The notes under the pieces: generated by a model | The model's database searches: none | Seen by the model: the letters and a program-made list of their open reading frames with translations, nothing else | What the model was told of the DNA's origin: nothing | In this document: positions 1-13,289 of the stretch, in pieces | How positions within the stretch are numbered: position 1 is the first letter of the stretch | How the letters are laid out: each line of letters begins with the position of its first letter | Assembly (NCBI RefSeq): GCF_031769215.1 | Contig: NW_026782393.1 | Location: 62,001-126,000 of the forward strand | Direction: 5' to 3' | DNA: 64,000 nucleotides | Origin: Ylistrum balloti | Taxonomy: Eukaryota | Position numbers and translations under genes: made by a program

Positions 1-95
1 ACGTATATCAGATATGCCAGATATAAGACACTTGAGCCATAAAGTGCAAGCGAGAGGTAAGAAGTAACAAAGGCCTTCCATTCGTCCGTGGTCAT
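1..95 (-). other. Possible first coding exon of a gene running off the left edge (MTTDEWKAFVTSYLSLALYGSSVLYLAYLIY...)
   Basis: ATG at 95 opens a hydrophobic, stop-free frame to the window edge; ETS-like aacttccggt motif at about 161-170. No recognisable family. Confidence 0.2.
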
Positions 96-2566
96 TAACA
101 GTCGGATAACTCCAGTGTTTCTGAACCGGTTATCACAGAAGGTGCTGAAAACCGCACCAAACCGGAAGTTAAGATGCTTCACACAGGGTGATACAAACAG
201 CGCAACAATTGCATAGTAAGAGCCACAAATGGACTGAAGATGCTAAACAACGCATCGTTGTCACCTAATTTGATGCAAAGGAAAAGTTCGACTTCGTGTG
301 ATAAGGGGACTGTTCAGGGTACTGCGGTGGAATTCCTGACGATATGTGGTTATTATCATTAAGAAAATCAACTGAAAAACGAACATCTTATCCGACTGTT
401 AGAGTGCAGAATTCGCGTTGGAAATCACATAACTATTAGATAAGGGAGCACTGCAATTGGTAATCAGGATTTTAACGTTCTTTCGACTTCAAGGGATGAA
501 TTTTATTTTATTTTGTACGGAATTTATTTGATTTTTATCATATTCTGCCACACATTTGTTTTGCCGTTGGCTCGTGGGTATTTCTTATGCGCGTCCGTAT
601 TCAGACTTTTTGAAAGGCTGGACTTGATAGAAAGGAGAATTTAAGTTTTAAGAGTCTGATGGCTAAATTCACAATTTCTCTTATTCTGTCATAATAGTAT
701 TTATTTTATTCATGCCATTGAAATATATAGGAATATATCATTAATATTTTTTCAATTCTTTTTTTTGACTCATGAAAAAAATTATATATATATATTTATT
801 AAATAATAAGAAAAAGAAAAAAACCGGTCAACCTGAATGAGTTGCTTACTCCATGAAAGTCAGCAGACACGGCAATGCAAATGACCTTAACAAAGACCAA
901 ATCCAATACCCAACCGAGCGTCTTGAATGCTGAGCTAATATAACACGTCGGACATTTCAAGGGGATTCGTGTCATCAACAGCGACAATCGCAGATTGCCG
1001 AAATATTTTCAGCCGCGTAATAACTTGTCACAGGTTAAACTCTATTTCAACGTTTGACAGCAAATTATGTCTCTTACAGACAAGAATAAGTAATATTTTC
1101 TATGTGAATATGAAAAGAAATTACTACTGAAATTTACTTTTTATGTTTACATAGTTTTTCTTCGAAAAAAACCCGTTACATATTTTGTTGCGTACTGCGA
1201 AGTTCAATGAGTATTGTCCACAAAAAGCCTAGTCAGTCTCCTCTTTTTGATATAGCTACTGGCACTGTCCTCGTAATACACATGACACATATATTTTTGT
1301 TGTATTCGGCAGTGACGGAAAACCGCTGTAGCACGTGCGGTAATTCGACAGAATAACGCTCTGAATTTACTTAAATGTTACGTTTAGAAATATAAATTGT
1401 TGTTAAATTGGCGATTTTACACGTTGTAAAGAACAAGTTGATTAAAAACAATTCATAAAATCGCTGTTATATTTTATTAAGTTTGGAACTATGTTTCCGC
1501 GCGCAGCAATAATTTTGGCGTCGGTCATCAGGCAAAATTCAGCGTAGTTCGTCAATGTCAGGTAAGTTCGGGTTGACCAACAAATATGTTTGTTTCAATA
1601 GTCAGCTTTTAAGTCAGTGTTGCAGGATAAATAGAATACATGTTCTGTGTCTTAAATCTAAACTGTATTTTGGCTCGTGACAGAAAAACAAAAGTGGTTC
1701 GCAAGAGGCTCGTCACGTCTGTCTTTGTTCACCCTCGCCAAAACACCTCATATTTAAGAAACTGGCCATGTAATCTATATCTCCACGTGTGCGCAAGATA
1801 CTAAAATGTTAGACACACTTGTGACATATATTTGTTATCACTGAAGAAACTACTAAATATCCTGTTTGTCGTAATCGTTTGTATTTTACATTTAGCTATC
1901 ACTAGATTTATATAAAGTTATGTCTTGTTTTGTAAGGAATTCCAGGTATCTGTGCATTTTGAGTTTATTTTGTTCGTTTGTTTCTGTGAAAAGTGAATAC
2001 AGGCGGCAGTATAATATCTTTTGTTAAGATCCTTTGTGCGCTTCCATTCGGATCAGGCAACAAGATAGTTTACAAATGTTGACGTTCTATTGACATTTTT
2101 TCTTTATCGGTTTGAATGTCACAGACAATAAAATCGATAGAATGTTTAAAATTTTGGACTAAACAAAATGAAGAACGAATTTTCACATTTAGCAATTAAA
2201 TTAGCAAGTAAATTGTCTTTCTTTTTAATGGAGACAATATATATGGTCATCATTTACACAATGCACGTGCTTTCAGGTGTACTATACATGTTTCAGCACG
2301 AATTACTACAAAAAATAAGAATGCACATGCGTAAATATTATGATCAGGTTTAAATATCCTTCCATAACACACAATATTAATATTTTTAGTCTTTTTTCCA
2401 AAGCTTTGTGAAAGTTTGTGAATATTGTGTTTTCAAATTTCCCATCGCTTTTCCGATTTACAAAGTTTTAATTCCTGTCGGTAAACTCCATTTTCTTTGT
2501 TAATCAATACGAGAGATAATCTCTTCTGCAATACCATATGAATGGCGCAATAAAATTTGACGGTGT

Positions 2567-2579
2567 ACTTTCGGTTTCG
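2567..2579 (+). promoter_or_regulatory. ISRE/IRF-element-like motif upstream of RBR paralogue 1
   Basis: ACTTTCGGTTTCG fits TTTC-NN-TTTC, about 135-165 bp before the two in-frame ATGs (2702, 2732); kappaB-like GAGGATTTCC at 2659-2668. Motif match only. Confidence 0.45.
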
Positions 2580-2731
2580 AGTCCAGATATATCTGTTACT
2601 CAAAATCAATACATGTCCATATAGTTCTAAATTAATATCAAAAGTAAAAGTAGTAGCTGAGGATTTCCAGAATCTCTATCGTTACAAGGAAACTAAAACG
2701 TATGTTGACATCTAAAGAGGAGCAGACAAAC

Positions 2732-5160
2732 ATGACTACTTACATCAATATAGGAAACTTGTCCGGAGATCCAAGGTATGAAAGACGGATCGGGCTACAA
2801 ATACAGAAGGTAAGTGACTCAGTTTTACATAGTGTAATAAGATATATTTATCACACCGACCCGTGAAATTACAATGTCTACACATCGTCCAAATTATTCT
2901 GACATTTTATTGATTTTTTTTATGTCGGTCTGGAGACCGATGTGAAAAACGTCGACAGAACCTCAGAATTTAGACCACTAACCGTACTGTTTATATAGGA
3001 TTTCAACAGTGACCACGAAAAGGATTTGGCAACTCCGTCAAGTGTCACGCTGGGCGGGGCTCGATCGATATCCGGGGTCGTTTTTTTTTTGCAAGACACT
3101 GATATTACCAACAATCCTGTGATGTGATGATGGTGTCACCTTATCCCAACTGATAACATGCGGTGGACCTTCCACACATGTTCAGTGCGGAAGTCTGGCG
3201 AATCAAACTGAAGCTTATATTTTAAAGCACTGGCCATGTTTTCTATTAATCCTGCACCATTAATTGAAAATCATACTATTTAAACAGTCTTACCTAACGT
3301 TACGCTAAATTTTGTGATGACGGACGCCAAAATAATTGTTCCGCACAGAAATTAAATTCAAAGTTCAACAGATATGACAGCGATTTAATGAATATAAATA
3401 AACTAAGTTATAACAGCATATCAAATCACTTTCTTCAGCAGTTAATTTTATTGTTCAATATAATTTTCAGGTAATTACATAAAGTAAATGGAATCAACAC
3501 ACGTGCTAAAATACAGCTGTTTTCCACGACTGTTGAGTAAAGACAAATATATGTATAATGTATGTGGGAGATGTATTCCGACAATGGCTGATCCAATTCT
3601 ACATGCAGGATAAATATATAACATAGTGGTTATAGTACATATATATGGACCATGAGTTGGGAATTAGTGCCAAGTGCCTGTGATTACCTTTAGGGGACAG
3701 AAAAAAACCACGAATTAACAAACGTAAATCCGTTTGAATTCTGATGTTGTTCATGTATTTGTTTGTAATCTTTCGTCAACGTGACGGAACATGACAGAAA
3801 TGTAATTGTTCTATTCAATATTGAAACGTATAATAATGTTATTTTGTCACGAAGTTTCTGACGATAACTTTGCAGATAAGAAAGATTGGTGACCTAAAGT
3901 TGGCGCTGGAGGGCCCATTAGGCTTACCACGTGACAGATATGACGTCATCAAAATGAGAGAAGCTTTACTGTACGATGAGGCAGAATTAATAACACCGAC
4001 TGTTTGGTCAACAAAAGTAGTTCTGGTCATCCATCCGTGTTCTCGCCCTGTCTATGATCATCTGAAGACATCAGAAACGGATATAGTAAATGGAGACTTC
4101 GAAGATGAACAAAGGACTATTATGTCATGTGGCCATGGTATCGGTAAGTTTTACTAAGGCTAACCTCCAGTCCCATCTCTTCAGAGTCTCATTGTCTGTC
4201 ATTTGTCCATTATCCTTTCACTTTGTCTTTTCTTTCCCATGCAGTTAATTTTCTTTCCTCATATAAATCAAGTTCGTTCTACCTTGCTCGCTTGTCTGCT
4301 ATAGCACAAACGTTGAATAGTGCAGTCATTTTAGCCCCAGAATAGGACAAACCCCAAACTAATTGCAACATAATTCTTTATAGATAACTTTGAAAGTTCT
4401 ATTGTTGTAGTATATCATATTAAAAATCTACATGCGTGAAAATTGTGGAAATGCGTGAATATATTTTCTGACATTCAAATAAACGATTATATTTTCAGTG
4501 CCTGAGACGCTGTATGATTACTGTTGGAATGGTCTTAAACAAGGAGGTCTTGAGATCAAATGTCCTGCAATTGAGGAGTTCAGAGTGCGAGGCACTCAAA
4601 CAACATGTGGCTCCCTCTGGACCCTATATGAGTTGACCGTAAAGGCGCAATTATCACAAGATGAACGCATACTGTTCGAAATGAAACTTAGCAAGAATAG
4701 CTTGATGAAGATGGAGGGCGTTCAAGAGTGTCCGTTCTGTCGCTCTATCGCAGTTCGAGACAATGTCAGCAACGATAGAGTCTTGTGTATAAACTGCTGC
4801 AATACAAATCCAGATAACGCCGAATTCTGTTGGCAGTGTCTACATCCATGGAAGACCACGAACACCAACTATTGCGGGAATTTGTCATGTTCCACATCCA
4901 AGGGACCAAAAGCAACACAAGAAATCTTACGGACGTGCCCGTCAAGATCCATCGGTGGTCACAAGAGGACTACACCAATTGTCCGCGCATGCCCAAGTTG
5001 TCAAGTTCTTGTCGAGCACACTTCCGGCTGTAAGCAAATGACTTGCAAATGCCAGTACATTTTCTGCTTTATTTGTTTGCAACCATGGAAACAGAAAGGC
5101 GTTAACGGAGGTTGTGATTACAGTATAAACTGCGATCCGGCACCTTATCAATCCGTATAG
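2732..5160 (+). CDS. RBR-type (RING-IBR-RING) E3 ubiquitin ligase with N-terminal ubiquitin-like region, paralogue 1
   Basis: Exons 2732-2809 (in-frame upstream ATG at 2702 also possible), 3876-4143, 4499-5160; GT-AG, phases 0 and 1. Motifs: MSCGHGI..CP (partial RING1), CPFC..CINC..FCWQC..CGNLSC (IBR), RACPSC..HTSGCKQMTCKC..FCFICL (Rcat). Confidence 0.9.
3641..3673. mobile_element. Solo terminal inverted repeat of a small MITE family (also at 6720-6867 and 54691-54779)
   Basis: atatatggaccatgagttgggaattagtgccaa matches the right arm at about 54747-54779; no partner arm found nearby. Confidence 0.45.
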
Positions 5161-5399
5161 ATGTTTCTTGTGTGAGAGAGTAAATACCACTACATACACA
5201 AACAGATAAATAGAGTAGGGAATGTGTTAACGCGCTATTTTACCAGAACAAAGCTTAAACATTCCGGCACAAATTTTTAAAAATCTTTATTGTTTTTGTT
5301 TCTTCTCTTGCTGAGTTAATAGAAGAGTATCATTTCGCTCAGTGGTGTAATAGGTGTGATAACAGTGTGGAACATTATAGACGTATACATCCTCATATA

Positions 5400-5988
5400 G
5401 GCGCGAATCCTCTGTTAGCTTAAAGTATCCAAAGCTGACATGGGCAATTGCTGAGCTTGTTAAGCTCTCTTATAGGACATTGACAGAGTGTGTAATTTGT
5501 AAACTTTGTCGAAAATCAACAACAAACATTGCAAAGCATGTTCTTATCCAATGCCCAGCCTTATTCAGTAGTAGAGATATGCTTCTTGACCATATTGTAA
5601 ATACGATAACAGTAAACAATTATGTCAAATTTGATTTGTTAGATGAAGACGATCAGTATTTGTTTCTACTAGGGAGCAGAGGGACAATAGAAATGGAAGA
5701 CGATGAATGGGAGGATTACATTGCTGGAGTCGCACGATGTGTAAAACACATGCTTTGTGAATTAAACATCCTTCTTGCGAACTGACTCTCTTAGATGACG
5801 TATCTGATGACGTCAACATGTAAATAACGTGTAAAACTGCCAATAATTGCAGTAATGATTGTTTAATATATTACCACTTAATTCCATTTATACCTTTATT
5901 CTATTGAAACGTGGTAATTAATTGTAAAATAGGACATGCTAATTGATCTCTGCATGGAGGAAATAAAGAAACGGTCCGTTTGTCTGTC
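5400..5988 (+). mobile_element. 5'-truncated non-LTR retrotransposon (LINE) 3' end
   Basis: Frame YPKLTWAIAELVKL..CKLCRKSTTNIAKHVLIQCPAL carries a C-x2-C..H-x4-C knuckle like those downstream of LINE RT domains; stop at 5785; 3' end ggaggaAATAAAg (5962-5967) then a tgtctgtc tail. Confidence 0.7.
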
Positions 5989-6719
5989 ATAAGTTTGCGT
6001 ATTTTTTGTATGTTACAATATACATAAATATTATACAGTAAACTTTTGAAATGCGTCATTTTTGAATGATAAAACTAGGTTCAGGTGTAATGTATATTAA
6101 ACTTAGGAAACAAAGTGTTTTTCATTCAGGAAACCAATGGTTTTTAAAATTGACATAAATTGCGTTTGGGATACAATTTGCTCATACATACCAATGCTTC
6201 TATTCATATTGTTTTAAGTCGAGGAATTTGCTTATTTTCTTATATAGAGGTGCATATGGTGTGTTGCGCATGTAGTGATAAAGCAATTAAACAGCGAAAT
6301 ATCAGTGCGTCTGAGACGAGAAATTTATGATACCAATTACATTGATGTATTATATACTTAAGTTAAAGTTCTAGTTGTAACTGTTGTTACAAGATGTCGA
6401 CATTACAGCGCCTTATATCACGGATATTTATGGTCGAGCTTATATGTATAATATGTATTTTTTTAGCGGGAGGGGGTATCTATTTTCTTTTGGAGTTTTT
6501 CTTTCATCTTATCACATTTTCTTTCATCTGATCACACATATTTCCAAATTGTTGTTTTGCTATGTAATATTTGATTCATTGTGTGTGTCTTTTTTAATAT
6601 TGTATAGAGTAGGAAGACATTGTCTAATTGATGACGGAGAAACATGTCATACGGGTAATATAGTCCAATGTTTATCTATCTATTGATAATGTAATCATTG
6701 ATTTAAATGATCAATGCAC

Positions 6720-6867
6720 GGGAACTTGTCACGAATTCCCAACACATAGTCCACACATATGACCGTACGGGACACAAGTCAAACATTGTCATCTGTTGTC
6801 AGTTGTGTTACAATATATATTATACTACATTATATATATACGGACTTGGAAATTCGTAACAAGTCCC
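6720..6867. mobile_element. Small MITE with imperfect terminal inverted repeats
   Basis: Left gggaacttgtcacgaattccc; right ggaaattcgtaacaagtccc is its near reverse complement; same TIR family as 54691-54779. Confidence 0.55.
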
Positions 6868-7192
6868 TATGGTTCCATTATGTTATAACCTATGAAATCG
6901 TAACGGCTAATCGACTGATGAAGAGGCAAATGAATAAAAAATTCTTAAATGCTACTATTTCTTTGTTAGTCTTTTGTTTCATTTATTTATTAATTACGGT
7001 TTGATTTTGTTCACGCTGGAAGTTCTTAGATTAAAAATATATTAATCACCACGTGTGAAAAATAATTATATTACACTTTGTGAATTGAATAAAGTACATC
7101 AAGCAAATAGTTATTCAAATAATCGCAAGAATTGTGCAGATGACAAGAAGCAACTCGCAGGAGTAATTTCCCAAAACATAGTTTTCCAAACA

Positions 7193-7203
7193 GAAAGTGA
7201 AAG
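7193..7203 (+). promoter_or_regulatory. IRF-element-like motif upstream of RBR paralogue 2
   Basis: GAAAGTGAAAG (GAAA-NN-GAAA) about 160 bp before ATG 7364; kappaB-like GAGTAATTTCCC at about 7161-7172. Motif match only. Confidence 0.45.
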
Positions 7204-7363
7204 AAGACGGTTTTCCTTTTATGCGTCGTCAGGTCATCGATATAAATAACACGAAATTCATAGGTTAACATCTGGATACAGTTCCGCACTGTCACCGAAA
7301 TCAACATGAAGGATAACTCCCGGATACTTCTGTTCAGAGAGGAAGCTTAGAATTTCTACAGAG

Positions 7364-10300
7364 ATGGCAAAAATGATCAACACGGAGACATTATCAGGGG
7401 ATAAAAGATATGAGAGGACGATTACGGTGGATCTACAAAAGGTAAATATATTATCTACTTACACCTAACACATAGGCATGGCTAGGTGATTTGTGTTATC
7501 TCTATCCACAGAAAACCAGGAACATGTATATAACACACAGCATAAATACAAAGGATACTATTAGTTTTATGCAATTTGTATTGGACTTTCCCAAATTGCA
7601 TCATTTGTTGTTTTCATTAAGCGCTATGTACACACATTAAGCATATGCCACATAAGGACGACCCTCAGTTTTCTCTAATTGTTTTCAAATACTACTACTA
7701 CTACAGCATAGTGCTTTGTATATACAAACCGAAAGCAAAAGTGAAGTTTGAATATGGTTGTGAAATACATTATACGTTAGGAATGAAACTGGCAAACCAA
7801 GTATAGTACACGGTATTTACATGTTATTTTCGTAAATATGCTTTACAATAGTCCGAATTATTCAGACATTTATTGGTCAATGTCGGTTTTTATATACTTC
7901 CGTTAAACAAAACAAAAAAACAAAAAAACTGTAAGGTACAAAACAAACTGCTTGTCTATTAATGTCATACGGTAAATCATATAAGATAACTTAAAACTAT
8001 TTCAGTGTATTAGAAATTTTATATGATTCAATTCAAGACTAATTAGCCCAATCCTATTACCATTATAACGAAATGTTAACATACTGGTACTTGTAAGGTG
8101 TATAAAGCATATCCATGGTGATTTGATGGGTTTATTTCCCCATGGATAGCCAGTGTCATTTTGGGGCAGGATCTTGTAGTAGCTGGTGATTACTTCACTA
8201 AACAACATATGTCACTTAACACCCAGAGCAAAAAGTGTAAAATGTGTACCTAAGGACACAGTCAAGGCTGCATAATCGGCCATGGGTAGAAAGTGTTGAA
8301 AGGTCTTCAGCTCTATTTACATACATTTTCATATTGTTCCAACATTATTATTAAACGAAACAAGTAAGGAACATTTGAAAATGATACTTAATGAAATACA
8401 TCATCGATATGCAGTTCACTTTCATTTGTGAACTAGCTAATACATACCGCGTTACTTTCAGTTGGAATGTCAATATGAAGACACCTTTCCTCTTCACATG
8501 TAACCCAGGGTGTTGAGAGGACGTAAATTTCTATACAATAAACAAGCTTCTAAACTGATAAAGCTGATAAGTTTGTTTACCTTTGATTAATAACCTTCAT
8601 CATAGCTCACATCTAAACTGTTTTTGCTTAGTAGTCTGTAAAACCTAAAATTAAACATTTTCTGCTTTGATGCCGAATAAGCTTAAAACTCCTTGTGATA
8701 TCTGTTGTAGACAAAGTCAATATATGACCTGAAGAAAAAACTCGCTACAGAACTTGGTCTTACGGTAGATAGATTTGATATCGTGAAAATGGCCGATGCA
8801 TTAGTGTACGAAAATCAGCAGCAGTTGGTCAGCACTGACCTAGACGATCCCATTCGTATTATCATCCACCCAGAAATGAGACAGGTGTATGACCACTTGG
8901 TGACCCTCGCCAAAGACATGATTATGGATTTCGAGGAAGATGACAGGACAATCATGTCGTGTGGACACGGAATAGGTATGCCATACGAAATTTTCTGGTT
9001 GTCTTTACTCATAACATGGTAAAATCTGGGAGATGACCTGTTTAAACAAGACAGTTATTATTAGTGAAGCAGAGGACGCATATTCTTTAAAAGCATCCGG
9101 TCATGACATCCTTGTACTTGTTAAACCGTCCATATATACATATTTTGTTTGTATTTTGGTTGCTGGAAAGGAAACTCGTGTAAGGAAACACATGTGTAAT
9201 ATGAGATAGATGGATATTCTTGCGTTCCTAACGCAGTAGTGAAATAAATTGCTTGCTTACACCTACAAGTTAAATCGATAACCACTTGGCCAGCTGCTAC
9301 ACTTAACGACTGCATGGTTCAAGGTTGTAAATGTCCTATATGACTAATAGCATTAGTCCCAATGTAAAGCTGTTTTATAACTTATTCACATCATTAGAAT
9401 AACCAGTTCACATAGTAACATAGTAGAAAACGTGACGATTTTACAGAAAATAGCACTCTAGGCTCAGTAGCTAAAGTGATGATCTATGTTTCGAACCCTA
9501 AATTAATACCAGCGCTCTTAATTATCTTCTTTGATAATTCTATAATCAGTTACAAACAAATTTGTATATTTTGGAAAATTCGACCATGAAATAGTAAGGT
9601 AAAGAAAAGTAAATAGCTGTGATGATAAGTATAAGAAATAACATTTGAAAAAGTAGGATATTCGAAAACAGTCCAAGAGTCGTTATAAGTTATTAAAAGA
9701 ACTTTGTAAAATTCAAGTAAATACTTCCCTGTTGATTGAAGTACGTTTGTTTTTGACAGTGCCTGATAATCTCTATGATCTCTGCTGGAATAACTTGAAG
9801 GACGGAGCAGTGCAGTTTGAATGTCCCGCAATAGAAACATTTAATGTCAGAGGTAATCAGAACTCATGTAGGGCCATATGGACTCTGTATGAGCTGACGG
9901 TCAAAGCGCAGCTGTCCGCGGACGAGCGGATCCTTTTTGAGATGCGCCTCAGCAGGAACAGCTTACAGAAAGATAATGACATACAGGAATGCCCCTTCTG
10001 TCGATGTCTCTCTACCAGATCCAGTGAAAAGAACAATAGAGTTCGATGTCTGAACTGCTACCAAACCAATCCAGAGAACGCTGAATTTTGTTGGAAATGT
10101 CTTCATGTTTGGAAAGAGAACGCTGCTGCAGATTTCTGTGGGAATCTGGAGTGTACGACTGCCAAGGGCCAACATATGTCACAGGAGATCCTTAGGACGT
10201 GCGCAAAGAAGACTATAGACGATTACAGAAATGTTCCAGCCGTCCGAGCTTGTCCAAGCTGCCACGCGCTTGTGGAGCACGCACGGGGATGTAAAAGAAT

Positions 10301-10415
10301 GCCCTGCAAGTGTAAGTTCCAGTTCTGTTTCGTGTGCCTTAAACCCTGGAGTTCCACTGGATGTGGATACAACAAAAGATGTGCCTCTGTCGCTGCTTGT
10401 CAAACATTATCCTAG
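7364..10415 (+). CDS. RBR-type E3 ubiquitin ligase with N-terminal ubiquitin-like region, paralogue 2
   Basis: Exons 7364-7441, 8711-8975, 9760-10415; same intron positions and phases (0, 1) as paralogue 1. Motifs MSCGHGIVPDNLYDLCW, CPFCRC..CLNC..FCWKCL, RACPSC..HARGCKRMPCKC..FCFVCL. Confidence 0.9.
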
Positions 10416-13289
10416 TAAAACACTTTATTAACATAAAACATGAACCAGTACGGGAACTTGGATCACTTTCTTCTGTAAATTGGATTTGAGCAAGTTGCTT
10501 GTTTGCATTTATTCAAGAGACATTGTTCTTCGGTTGTTGTCTTCAAGTTTTGTTTAACATGTCTGACGATAATGTTATTATAAGATATTACATTTGTTAT
10601 TAGTCATGTCAAACTTAAGAATATTATGATAAACCCTACGTCGCAGTATGATAATTTGTAACAATGAAAATAACTAAGCTTTTTTAGTGGATGAGAAATA
10701 TGCTTGGCTTTTTGTTTACCCAAAATTTCACGCATGGAAATAAATTTTTTTAAATTCTATTCTATTCTATTGCAAGTGTAAGGTTCATTTTTTTTAATTT
10801 TAAAGTAATTTGAAGGCAAACTGAACAATATATTCATTAAGAAATATCAAATCATATAATTATAAAGATATACCGATCATACAAGATCAATCTCCTCTTC
10901 TGCTTAATGAATAAGCAAGAATTGGGCATTACGATTCTTGGATTTAAATACGTTGTTAAGGTTATCGACATCCAATATAATAGTATTTAGTATAGTATGT
11001 GTGAAAGGATTTTCTAGTTTAAAGAACAAGGGGAAAAGTATTCTTGATTTTAAATTACAAGACTTTTTAAAACAACATGTGTTCTATGGGTATATTTTTC
11101 AAACATCCATGGCCAGTTCAGAATTGTGGCCATGTATTATAAAAAAAATCTGTGAATACTTTTCTTTAGCTGTAGTGTTTATCTGTTCAATAATATTCCA
11201 TTTCGTGATTTTGTTTCATTTTCTTAATACTGAATATATCAAATGGAAAAGTATTTATCAAAATGGAGATAAAGTTTTTATTCACGGAAAGAGGTAAGCT
11301 TACTTCCTTTTGTTGTAATATAAAAAATATGCTTAACAGAGTTTGTAGTCCCACTCAATAGTCTCAGAAATAATAGATAGTTATCCGCAAGCACAATACA
11401 TCAAATATCATCATCAGGAATTCGTGGGTATCATTAACGTATAAATTAAAAATGTTGGTTTTAAATTATCGTCTTGTCTTTTATCCCTCAGTATATCAAA
11501 GGATTTGGAGTTTAATGCGATTTTGTTGGACGAGGGTAATTTCTTTTACATGAACTTTTTTTTACCTAAAATATCATGTATCTATCAGTGGTTCAATACA
11601 TTATTATTCAATACATAACCTAAATAGAGGATTACAAATTTTGTCTGACATATGTATAGCAAGCCTTTAACAAGTGTTTAGCTTAGATACTTTCCAAAGA
11701 AATTTATTATTCAATTTTTCTGAATGCTATAATTTGGTAAGACATGTCAACATTTTTAAGGCGGGATAAGGTCTTATATCACATTTCCTAATTTCACAGT
11801 GCTAAATGCTTCGTCTGTAGTATCATTAATTTTTAGCTCGTCAGTGATTAAAGAAATTACCATAATTGCTTTGCGTCTTTTCCTGCAATATGTAACATAG
11901 TAGCGTATAGTGACCACACAAATGCATTTGATAACACTAGACTGGTTGTTCATTGTTTATTAAAAGTCATAGTACATAACCATCCTAGATGTTTCTCCCG
12001 CTCTTTAACTCGGGCCCATACATTGCCCCGCTCTCCTCTCTGCCCAGTGCCCCGGCGTCAACTCTCCCTCCGACTCTCTCGCAATCCCTAATATCCCCTA
12101 TACTTAAGTTTTACAACTTTCCTATCATCACGCCCATTGTGCATATACTTCAGATGGCACGTGCGTCTAGGAGTACATGTTATCAATTCCACACCCTTTG
12201 ATCTACCTTGTACAGTGCTTCTTATCTTGTTTACTTACCTATATGTTCAAGAGCGCGACACATACAAATGGGAGCATCTATCTGTCCTGATCAATCATAC
12301 ACCCCGCCCGTTATCAGGCGTGCATCACTACCTATCACTCACGGGATTTTTACATCGGTCCAGCATTGACTGACTTTTGACCTGATGTACTTTAAACTAA
12401 GATGCTGCTTTCTACACACCATTCCAAAGTAACCATTAAACCCATTTTATTACTCATTTTGTTACAAATATCACGGTATTGATTCAATAGATTCGCATTG
12501 TAAGAAATTTTGTGCGACCTTGTATATTTTTGGTCGTGTAGAATACCTTAAACTCAGTCAAGGCTATTAGGTTAAGGCTTAATATTCTTCATCATCTGGA
12601 TACGGTATTTGTTATGTCAACGAGATTTCCTATCTGGTCAAAATGATGTTTAAGGTCTTGATATTTTGGGTTTTGTTATGAGCTTCATACATGTTTCAGG
12701 ATGTTAAAGATGTGTGATAAACGTGATGTGACTATGTTGATACCTCTCTGGTTCATAAGATCTCCATAGTTTATGTCTGAAAAGAATCGATCTGAATTTC
12801 ACCACTTAAGAAAAGAATATCAGTGTTTTTGTTACGGAAAATGTCGTTTGACCCTCACATATGTGTAGATGAGCAATTCACTGACGAATATCACCTTAGC
12901 TTTCGAGAATAAACGTAGGTATATAAATGGAAAATTAATCAAATAACATGGTTTTTAAATATGTACAATAAAGGGCGTGCATTGCATACAAAAACTTTTT
13001 ATATCTCTTTTCAATCAGTAACACATTAATTTCCTTGACGCAGTCTGTCACATCAGTTATATTGAGGCGAATATCTAGTGATTTAGATTACCCACGAATT
13101 CTTCGAAAATAAATTTCTATTTACAGTTGCAGACAACTCCTATCTACTGTAGCAGGCGACCCCTGTTTATATTTGCAGACGACTCCTATTGTCCGAAGCA
13201 GATGATTTCTTTTTCCAGAGTATCTTCACTCATTACGATAAGGTCATAGTCACAATAGATTTAAACGATTTTGACCAGGAAATACATAA

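Noticed and set aside
3124-3212. Possible C/D snoRNA (GTGATGA ... CTGA ... CTGA) in RBR1 intron 1
   Set aside because: No terminal stem, no clear C' box and no recognisable antisense guide; such boxes are common by chance.
11985-12110. Pro/Ser-rich ORF in a C-rich block
   Set aside because: Low-complexity, probably a decayed repeat; no splice context or domain.
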